Shown here piece after piece: positions 56,501 to 64,000 of a stretch of DNA of 64,000 nt. Under the pieces are notes generated by a model. It had not been told where the DNA came from, searched no databases, and was given only the letters and a program-made list of their open reading frames with translations. Origin of the DNA: Nitrospirales bacterium (GTDB lineage: Bacteria > Nitrospirota > Nitrospiria > Nitrospirales > UBA8639); NCBI GenBank assembly GCA_965203295.1, contig CBDBCZ010000012.1, positions 32,001 through 96,000 of the forward strand, read 5' to 3'. A program made the translations under genes and the position numbers. Every line of letters starts with the position of its first letter. The first letter of the stretch is position 1.

Positions 56501-57045
56501 TTCTGTCCCAGTATAGTGAAATGTCTGTGGTTGACAAAGTTTCATCTCCAGACCGTGTGCGTTCATTGCAGTGCAATGAAATATCTCCACACATACGTGT
56601 GAGAGTGCAAGGAGATGGCAATTGTTTGTTTCGTGCTATTTCAAGGCACGTAACAGGAACGGAATCTAACCACTATGCTGTTCGGATAGCAGCTGTAAAC
56701 TATCTACACCAAAATTCATACTTGATAGAATACATCTTAATTGGGGTTAATGCTCCAGTTGAGCCACACGAACGTAGAGTTTTCTTTAACACCAAGGTGC
56801 ACGAGTACCTGGAAAACTCACACATGGCAGAGTTTGGTGAATGGGGCACTGATCTTGAGGTGTTCCTGCTTTCCTGCATGCTCGATGTAAACATAGTTGT
56901 ACGTCAAAACTTTGGACCGGGTCGAGCATGGCAGTGCATAGGACCTAGTGTACACGGCTTAAACGTTGTACACAACTATGCACTGTATTTATACAATACA
57001 AGAGCACTGGACCATTATGACTGTGTAATTCCAGTTCTCAATTGA
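50584..57045 (+). CDS. Helentron/Helitron2-type RepHel transposase (HUH Rep + PIF1 helicase) with C-terminal OTU cysteine-protease domain, 2153 aa
   Basis: Rep motifs TLFLTFSCAE, EYQARGAPHYHVLLW (HUH) and YVSGYVTK (two Tyr). PIF1/SF1B motifs GVGGTGKS, APTGLAAFNVGGITIH, DEVSMV, GDLLQLQPV, TIHKCQGLSL and AYVAISRVR. OTU motifs VQGDGNCLFRAIS..WGTDLE..HYDCV. Also a Cys-rich CCSCERL..CNYC region and basic N-terminal repeats. Confidence 0.95.
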   Translation: MHNLRKKKTQNKARYIQNRENAKLASRARYRAGPDKKRAVSRAASRASYSTNPEKKKAASRASYRTDPDKKKAASRAASRASYSTNPEKKKAASRASYRTDPDKKKTASRAASRASYRADPDKKRAAVRMYYARTAAAKLKWAKKYYQKHRGRICASKRGRYALAEPKPVAKEFYAKELQQLLLKDDEARVQLVKAYKRQYKSAAKRLPPVMIKAVCRIAAKRLLNKVLQVRKEHAGALLKTARVVTSLNIKGRDDFGEGCHTASSEPFYYDAAYQPVQRACVIPINENGRCVVANEISSSGNDSSKTKGKQPLKWCCSSECKTLTEAEVAAVVNLKQAFEKPMEELRTALYACDSGCPNGHYTKAVVREHAGSIDVDLQGHTLPCFNDGGCCSQLRILRAASTHYSVLRTLLNHVYSAITSHLGVLNIDKALSTGDLHFLKEITKVPDFAVLLTNDLDCSYEQHIDAAVADSVLKSVESRLLIAHAQVISDLEKEIDDDPEHACCSCERLHQRKSVTKVKLSDNLGSKVWPALKAFIVEQNPDANEQVLYMCNYCKALVKKDEMPPRCVLNGLQTISMPPELAKLDCLSRQLIQRAKCYQTVVRLGTYTAKVPVYNSLKACKGTMFFLPLPFNKTLKTLEEVEHPSTALPEPELYIIVNGRPTKGEVVWRSLVNVDLVKTATKTLKEINWLYKDVNVESVDEAVKRVVEVTNSASSTMLQKASTDDIAGFQAYTIRSLDNKLSSDSDIEQYKVLNIKEDPLGNRENFLDVMCFPVLFPTGQFGEHHPRQVKLSHSEYVKSRLLNKDSRYRKDPQYVFFLLWQKEMREISAGVYNLLKSTRRQPMSVSALLHGVATRDEHLEANLCTMLQSVRGTKQYWFAKQSELRCMIRASGPPTLFLTFSCAEYESADIDRYLRKVNDVSPSYSIGKLCTDDPVSVSRKFSLKFHAFFRTVLLKGAVLGEIEHYYWKKEYQARGAPHYHVLLWIQDAPVIGHDDPERVLAWLQERITCHIPDKETDPDLHRLVTRYQMHKCSAYCKRRRKCGRTFITRCRFGFPRQACKTATLNCVDDALKSRRKIYQLPRTELEVRVNDYNPLLLMLWKANVDVAESSLALAHYVSGYVTKAEKSNLQDIWHEVSENKSIYSQLWSFGVRSLRSRECGLYEASDLLLGDHLTEKSDAVKWVDVSLPHKRSRRLKDHKVLEDVAKRDPNSEDIFQDNLLDTHYPRRPSDLEGLCLYDFVANYDYCGKDGNGDRKYRKLTKPRLPNHKLFDPEREDQTEAYYYSLILLFVPFRDESSLLLENETTEEAFRRLLPDDSTCSAYHSRLQKMLQARANIKQINDARQADGEEHKISKQDDDPQLLGEAKTAMKELFDMNAHPADTLSLKQRIAMLNADQRRIFDKVKDHLLHQQQHEADECSCDLSPLRMFVSGVGGTGKSFLIETVKVLVHDLWPSDDLTCAIAAPTGLAAFNVGGITIHRLFQLPIEHEGKTAQYWALPKSSRKVMKTTLRSVKIIIVDEVSMVSSLNFAYMHLRLEELFGSQDWFGSKNMLFVGDLLQLQPVNGLPVFEKITQKSLQYRLGCAASVNIWKDAIAYDELTINERQKQDGEFSSMLDCVRCGHPTDETLSILQKRVIQRSVADKFVELQQSQQSPVCLFPRRKECDHFNNEMLSRLSSQVHKLLCTDEVDETYSTRKWSRKAAEQLDKLNKDCNLTAGLEAQLLLAVGARVMLRRNIDTNAGLVNGAIGTVLSIRTDHVSVQFDHISEPYVVEKVKSRFMVMKNFYVYRKQFPLILAYAVTIHKCQGLSLDCAIVDLSDNVFSAGMAYVAISRVRTLAGVHLVAFDPNSIMVSTSCLKEVNRLRQVYRPDLKPYPLLVKPTTGTKRKLTGNTACTEPESKKTRLSRKRKHSGELPCSSKLEAKKPKQSPPTSKSSPDVSDGTVIYCGSEHYTPPNAINRPLPDDLWQRQKICVLSQYSEMSVVDKVSSPDRVRSLQCNEISPHIRVRVQGDGNCLFRAISRHVTGTESNHYAVRIAAVNYLHQNSYLIEYILIGVNAPVEPHERRVFFNTKVHEYLENSHMAEFGEWGTDLEVFLLSCMLDVNIVVRQNFGPGRAWQCIGPSVHGLNVVHNYALYLYNTRALDHYDCVIPVLN

Positions 57046-57708
57046 GTTATGTAGCTTGTCTCTGTAATGTATACAAGCTGAGTATGTACAGGCAACCAAT
57101 TGTGTCCTGTCACTGCCGAAGTCTTGCTCTGGCAAGCATGCAGGGAGTTGTAGCTGATGTGAGTGGGTACAGCAGAGAGATCTCCTCTTGCAAAGAAGAG
57201 TGTGATGATGCAATTGATATTCTTTCCAAAAAAAGGGTCATGTTCCAATTGCACTCCATTCCAACAGAGTTGAGATTCTGAGTGCTCTGCAACTGTTTAA
57301 TGTTTGCATAGAGCTTGTGATGCACCTCAAAAGCAGCTTTGCCTTGAGTTGTGCTCCCAGACACCTCTGCTTTCTGTAACCCACTCACTCCTACTGCCAA
57401 GTCAACTCCCGTGTTTCATTAATCATGTGTGTGGTTAATAACAGCCTGCTATATTCAATCATTTGTAGAAGATGTGGCCCATTGAAGACGATGTCAGATG
57501 GAAGAGTAAAGTATGTGTTCTAAATATGATTCTCACTCTAATATGTGTGATGCATGCTTCCAGTGTGGGCGTAGCTAAAGACTTAGGATAGCTACAAGAA
57601 TATGTATTTAAGTTTGCTCTTGTTGCTCACATTTACTGCATGCATAAGACTGCATAATTCATGTAGAAAGTAGGCTTGTTATGCCCAAAACTGCTGCTAT
57701 ATACCATT

Positions 57709-58048
57709 ATCCAGGCGAGAAGGCTCCACCCAATACTATAACATCCAAGAGAGAAGGCTCCACCCAATACTATAACATCCAGGAGAGAAGGCTCCACCCA
57801 ATACTATAACATCCAGGAGAGAAGGATCCACCATATATACTACAACGTCTAGGCAAGAAGGCCCCGCTCAGTACTATAAAATCCAAGCGAGAAGGCTCCA
57901 CCCAATACTATAACATCCAAGCGAGAAGGCTCCACCCAATACTATAACATCCAAGCGAGAAGGCTCCACCCAATACTATAACATCCAGGCGAGAAGGCTC
58001 CACCATATACTACAACGTCCAGGCGAGAAGTTTCCATCCAATACTATT
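57709..58048. repeat. 34-bp minisatellite, ~10 copies, inside the Helentron
   Basis: Unit ATCCAGGCGAGAAGGCTCCACCCAATACTATAAC. Confidence 0.95.
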
Positions 58049-58099
58049 GCTACCAAACACATGACTTTTACAATGTTTCGTGTCTTCTATTCTTTCTTC

Positions 58100-59200
58100 C
58101 TGTGATTGTTACCTCTGCCTGGCTAACTTTCGAGTTCACTTTCCTGCAAATTATTCACTTTGCAGTCCCCATACCAAACTGATATCCTCTCTTCCCCACC
58201 CACCTTGGAATACTCACTCGTTCCTTTCTCTCACTAAATGCTTTGTTCCAGTATGTCAAACTTTGAAACTCCTCTCACTTGGTTTTGTTTTCGCAATACT
58301 CTCTCTTATCATAGGTCTAAGTTATTTGCTCATCTCTCTTCCTCTCCTACTTCTCGTCACTTCTGGTCCCTTCTCCAATTCTTTCAAAAAAAAAAACAAA
58401 TCGAGATTAGCCAAATTCTTCTTCCAAAGCTATCCTTCTCAATGACTCCTTTTGCACCTCTTGTTATTCAGCTTGCCCAATCATTTCCTCTTTTGTTTCT
58501 TCCTGTGGTTCTAATGCAATTTCCTCCCACATGCTTAATCTACGCCCTCCTTTATTACCTATCCTCATCAATATCTTATACCGTTTGCTTTTCATTCTGG
58601 AGTCTCCGCTCTACTCTCTTTTGCTCATCATTGTTCTCTCTGCTGGATTCATGCTATTCTGGCTGTTATTGTCTGATTTACGCAAGGTGTTTGACTTGTC
58701 GCCACCAATCTCTTCATACTCTCTCGTGTACTGGTCTTCCTCCTCTGTTGGGAGCACTCTCTCGTGTACTGGTCTTCCTCCTCTGTTGGGAGCACTCTCT
58801 CGTGTACTGGACTTCCTCCTCTGTTGGGAGCATACTTATCTCACCAATGAACTATAACAAGTCGTAATCAACATCCATTCACCACGAAAATCTTAGTACT
58901 TCCTTCACATGCTCCTCGGGCCTCTATTCTTGGTTCTCTTCTCTCTATTTATAAATCACTTCATAAATTCAAATTTTCCACTCTTTCCACCCATTGTAAA
59001 ATTGCAATCTTGTCCTACTCTATTCAATTCTAAATGGCTACATCTTTCCTCCCAAGTCTTTACTCTCTCATCCTCCTCACATGTCTGCATCAATGGTAAC
59101 TTTGTTATAACTATAAAAATCCATTATACAATTTGTTCATTCTATAATGGCATCTTCCCCATTTTATATAAATAACACCACCATCAAATTCAACATCCCC
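58100..59200 (+). mobile_element. Highly decayed non-LTR retrotransposon (CR1/L2-like RT) fragment
   Basis: Broken-frame remnants HLSSSPTSRHFWS, LDS..DLRKVFD (cf. DLRKAFD) and LLGPLF..FIN (cf. GSILGPLLF..IND), in the expected order. Confidence 0.5.
58719..58832. repeat. 38-bp tandem repeat, 3 copies
   Basis: Unit CTCTCTCGTGTACTGGTCTTCCTCCTCTGTTGGGAGCA. Confidence 0.9.
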
Positions 59201-59421
59201 ACCCCCTACGAAGAGACCAGTGCATGTGAATGCATTCTCATATCAATACAATGCTGAACTTCAACCCTACATGTATGGAACCACACTGAGTCAACTCCTA
59301 CCATCTAATGCTAATACCAAACATTCAGAACCACCCTTCCTTTCTCCCAAAAAAAAAAGTAGAAACAAGTTTTAAATTAACTTTAAAAAAGTAAAAAGCA
59401 TGTAGGGATGGCACTGTACGG

Positions 59422-60509
59422 AAATAACAAAAGCAAAAACTTCACAGAAAAATCATTAAAGAACATGTATCACATGGATAGAATCCCCAAAAAGTAGTCA
59501 AACAAGGTAGGAATGTTACCACAGAACGTTTATGGATTACTGGATTGCCATCCCTACATCTTGCCAACCACACACACACCACAATCCCCTCCATTCCACA
59601 CCAAGGTATCCACGCCCAAGTTACATGTATGTGTACTATATAGACACACAAGGTATCTGATCCCACACTGAAATCTAATAGCTATAATAGCTATATATAG
59701 TTATATATAATATTCCTTAGCAGCAATTAGCACTGTTCTCTATACTCCCTTCCACAGTAATGGAAGGGCCAAGAACCAGAGTGCACCAACTAAGTGCAGG
59801 AAATTGCATGAATTTCATAGAATGAGGTTAAAAAAATGCCCTATACCTAAGCAATGGTGAATTGAAAATCTCACATTCTTATAATAGTAGCTCCTGAAAC
59901 GCAAGTATCACAAGCATGCATGGATGTATATAATTAGACTACTCTCAGACTGGTTCTCAGCCTTTCAATTGCCGTGCTCATCAGCATGAATAATTGCAGC
60001 AAACTACATATACCCCTACAATCACAACAGCCATATTCACATGTACAGGCCCCAAAATATACGTATAAAGCTTATACTCTGGTAAATGCACTAGACTCAG
60101 CACTCCCCACCTTACATATATCTACAGCTATTGTCTCCATTAGCCACATTACACAACTGGTCAGCAATTAACACTATGGTTCACCATGACTTGTCTTCAG
60201 ACTCTCTATGTATAACTGGACAGTTATTATTTTAACACACTTTAAATGTACCCGCAAATTATTAAATTCTATGTAGAGGCCTGGGAACGAGGCTATATCA
60301 TAAAAACACATTGCAAAGACATGCACTGGAAGCTGCATGGAGGGGATTGTGGTGTGTGTGTGGTTGGCAAGATGTAGGGATGGCAATCCAGTAATCCATG
60401 AACGTTCTGTGGTAACATTCCTACCTTGTTTGACTACTTTTTGGGGATTCTATCCATGTGATACATGTTCTTTAATGATTTTTCTGTGAAGTTTTTGCTT
60501 TTGTTATTT
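59422..60509. repeat. 173-bp near-perfect inverted repeat pair (59422-59594 / 60337-60509)
   Basis: One mismatch seen, with a ~740-bp spacer. The arms contain CCATCCCTACAT. Confidence 0.92.
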
Positions 60510-60765
60510 TATAATGATGATCGTGACCACTGTAATATACCGCTGTATGTAAAATTATATCATCCTCTATAATTCTGTGATTAAATTTGTAATATTATAA
60601 TAATACATCACGTACCATCCCTGCATATTCAAGTCAGCTATGTACGTATGATCATATGGCATGATGAACTCGCTCACGCTCGCCCCACAATGCTCTGCAT
60701 TCACCTAGTAGATAATAACTACGTGCGCCCACACAGTTCTGCGTGCTGTGCGTATGCGTACAGGT

Positions 60766-60825
60766 ATTGTATTGTATTGTATTGTATTGTATTGTATGGT
60801 ATTGTATGGTATTGTATTGTATTGT
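60766..60825. repeat. (ATTGT)n microsatellite
   Basis: Direct pentamer repeats. Confidence 0.9.
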
Positions 60826-62223
60826 TTTAGAAAAAAAAATGATTATGCTAAAACAGGCACAGGTCTAGATAGCCCCACCCCCATTCATTCACACAATGAT
60901 CTGATTGCGTTTGTGCGCTGAACCGTCGGGAATCTTCGTCAGGGAGGGGAGGAGAGGTTGCTGTACGAGTCAGGCCACTCATACAACGGGAGATTAAAGC
61001 TATTTCAAGCCATGTAAGTTTATACTCGCTAATATGTACCCGTTCTGTACTGTAGTTTGGTCAGCTATGGTAGCTAGCTCCCGTACAGACTGGCTCGCGA
61101 GACTAGCTCCCGTGTCGGTACAGAGGTTTGCAAAAGCGTGCAAGAGACTGTGTAGAGTAGAAACCAGAATGCTTGCCCTGTTCATGATCAGTAATAAGCC
61201 TTTCATCTGTAGCTACTAGTGTCAGGATGGTTGTCTGTTTTTCAAGTACATTAACTATTACGTTTATTGAGAGCGAACCTCAGTGCCAAATGTGAAGTAA
61301 ATTGGCCAGCAGACAAAGAGATCTCAACCTTCGTGTGGTTAAAGCTCTGATTCCAGAATATTATACATATGTATGAAACCGTAATGCCAACGTCAAGTAG
61401 GAGGAGATTTTTGTCCGGATAGTTGTACTTTCTAACACACTTGTAGCTGAGCTGTCGTGTAGGTGCGGATGTATGCAGGATGAGCTGGTCTAAGAATGCT
61501 TAACCATGCTGCCATATACAAAGGCTCTTTAGCGAGGCTGAATCACTTCTGTCCTGTTGTTGAATACAGCCTAAGGGTATATAGCCAGTGTTGTCCAATC
61601 CTTCTAGAATACGTAGTGAAAACTAACAGAAACAGAACCCAAAAGAAGGAAAAAGAAAAAAATTAAAGGGGGGTGAAATAGGAAGTACATGTAAGAGAAT
61701 CTAACCCAGCTCTCAGCTTTCAGGGCCTTCACCACTAGGCCACTGGAAGGATTAACCTGTTTTTCATGTCTCCTCAGAGAATCTGAGGTTGAAAAGCCTT
61801 ACATGATTTTTCACCCATGGTTCACAAAATAACATAATTTTGATACTAAATCTCTCTAGTTTTTTGCGTATTATTATAACATCATTTTGAAAGTTTTAAT
61901 GTTTCATGGTGATGTCAACATTTATTTACACTTGATACGTTTCATTTCCTTGCACATTGACAGCTGTTTGGTCTCTATCTATAATATTGTCGTACATACT
62001 CCAGTGTATAATTTTGGTTTATAGATTGTTTAGCTAAGCATTAGATTTACTACTGCAGCAATGCATGCATTTGCTAATTTAGTAGCCTCATTCCCAGGCA
62101 TTCACTCAGCTTTTATCACTTGGGAGCTGGAGCCTGGGGAGTCCTAGTCAAGGCTACTAACCTAGTAGATGTGTTTTGTTAAGCATTCACACTGTGGTAC
62201 TTGCCGCCGAATCTTTCCCTCAG

Positions 62224-62777
62224 AATCTTTTGGGTATCTTCAGCAATGTACTTGATTCAAGTAACTTAATTGGATGGACAACGTTGCAAGAAGTACGTTT
62301 CAACCTTGATAACACATGCATACCATCACTAACGTATTTGCATGCACAGTCTTGTCCCCAGTTTAGACTTCTTGCTGTAATCAATGGAACATTGAGTGCT
62401 TTAGTTACAGGTTTGGTGAAAAGTGTTGTCATTTCATGCAGAAGGCAGCTCTTGACATGACTGCTGCATATACTAGCAGTACAATATACGTATGTATGTG
62501 GGTGGCTGTATAAATCAAGCTGTTTGACTCAGAACATACATAAGGCTGTTTGCTAAAGGACAGCTGAGGTCTGAGCTCGAAACAGATATTATGTACATGT
62601 ACATGTTGTGTATGTAGCACCTTGCAACCGCGTTTGTAACAGCATGCTTGCACACATACACACAGGTTGATGGTGGTAGTCAGCTCTTGTTGGATAATGT
62701 GGAACGATATTCCATTTATCTTGCTAACGCTTTGGAAGATTCTGAGGATAGTGTGGTGAATGGTGGGAATAACCTTG
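62224..62777 (+). CDS. Two exons resembling the GAIN domain of an adhesion GPCR (partial gene)
   Basis: Phase-compatible AG/GT exons at 62224-62292 (NLLGIFSNVLDSSNLIGWTTLQE) and 62666-62777 (VDGGSQLLLDNVERYSIYLANALEDSEDSVVNGGNNL). The pattern SNxLDxxNxxxWxxL..LLxxxE resembles GAIN subdomain A. Flanking exons were not identified. Confidence 0.55.
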
Positions 62778-64000
62778 GTATGTTTGAATTTGTATGTGCT
62801 TGTACATGCCATGTACCTGTTGGTGCAAGCACTTGCCAAATGGGGTAACCACATTGGAGTAAGTACACTTGCAGTAACTGCTTTGCTGTACTCCTGTTTG
62901 TAAAGGATATAGTAAACTACATGTACAAGCTGTGTAGTGACATCTTTATCCACAGCAAAAGTAATATAATGGCTTCCTGCTTGAGATTTTGAACTGTCTC
63001 AGAGAGAGTCCCTGCATAAGTTTGATGTACCTGTTTGGATGGGTGAGCTAAGAGACATGCCGAACTTATCAAACCACTTGACCATGCCACCTATCTTGTG
63101 CTACATATCCACGTCAGTTTGCACGCACATAACAAAGAAACTGCAATCATTGAGCCTATAGCAGGCCTTCCTTTACACCAATGTTTAGTAGACAGCTCAT
63201 GCCGTACTTACTGTAATTCCTCAGTGGGAAAAGCTACAGTACATCAAGTAATATTCACTGAATGTAGCCTATATATATGTGTTAGTACGATGTGTTTGCA
63301 GAAATGTGTAAGAGATGCGGCTACTTTTGCACTGACATATGTACTATGAAACTCACATAGAACCGAATGAAAAGTTCTCTATGTGCATGTAGCTCAAAGA
63401 TACAAGAATTATGGTGCTGGAGACCATCTGGTTTCTTACCCTCCAGCCTGTGTGTATTGGAGGGCAAGCTAGGAAACCAATTGAACTTTTCTTTGTGTCG
63501 ACATGTAGAGTACAAGTACTGCTTAATTTGAGCGGCTAGCATCTTCCCTAGAAAGCTGAATGTGAATTTAATATAGGGTCCTTTGTGGGTGCAGTGCAGC
63601 TGATTTAGTGAAGTATGACATTGGTATGGGAGAGTTTTCTAAGGCAGCATACAATAAAACTGTTGGTTTTTGAGGTCTCGTCTATATACAACATATATTT
63701 AGCCATGGCTGCTATGTGAGAGGGCTGTACTGCTTCGAAATCACATTAGCTGCTAAGCATTGTGCAGTTTGTGCCATCCATTATACTGACATGGCAGAGA
63801 CCGAACAAACTCTACTAACCCAGGTGCTGTAGTGAGCCTCCATTTGGAAAGTATATAATGTTATAAGCATGTCTGATACTTCATGCATCACATGTTTGAC
63901 AGGCCTTGCGTACGTACATTTTATTTTTTAGCCAGTGACTCTCATTCATGCGGAACTGCACTGTTAATTTTATACACACACCCATTTTGGCTTAAATCTT

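Larger units (their letters stand above)
47941..60630 (+). mobile_element. Autonomous-type Helentron/Helitron2 element (right boundary uncertain, 60509-60709)
   Basis: The left end interrupts a SART1 intron and begins ATC-ATGGAGTAC-GGTA-GTACTCCAT-ATGTAGGGATGGCACGG. It contains the RepHel ORF. An inverted copy of the ATGTAGGGATGGCACG motif (2 mismatches) lies at 60611-60628. The SART1 flank does not resume on the right. Confidence 0.75.

Noticed and set aside
50653..56894. Alternative-frame and antisense ORFs within RepHel
   Set aside because: They are shadows of the long ORF and its repeats, with no independent motifs.
57709..58048. 34-bp repeats as a CRISPR array
   Set aside because: The units are contiguous with no unique spacers, there are no cas genes, and the context is eukaryotic.

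Overview
Eukaryotic, intron-rich and transposon-dense DNA. It is most likely from a marine invertebrate such as a demosponge; this is inferred from TACATGTA-rich introns and repeat style and is not proven. There are no prokaryotic operons, rRNA, tRNA or CRISPR arrays. The main contents are: (1) three fragmentary copies of the spliceosomal gene SART1/Snu66 (11 exons at 219-9801, 7 exons at 40252-46443, 1 exon at 47674-47747), the two large copies sharing the same frameshift; (2) a Helentron/Helitron2-type rolling-circle transposon from ~47941 to ~60.6 kb, with an uninterrupted 2153-aa Rep-PIF1 helicase-OTU ORF (50584-57045); (3) non-autonomous relatives of it, including one at 12044 with a covarying 5' hairpin, a recurrent long inverted-repeat module, and DINE/HINE-like elements; (4) a ~4-kb mosaic at 33-37 kb that is a circularly permuted, shortened copy of 11.7-31.4 kb and supplies empty sites for two insertions; (5) many MITEs (P-like, Kolobok-like, Tc1/pogo-like, foldback), a ~90-bp satellite, a decayed SAMD3-like gene, a decayed LINE, and two adhesion-GPCR GAIN-like exons near the right end. 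Family assignments come from motif recognition by eye; no database searches were run.
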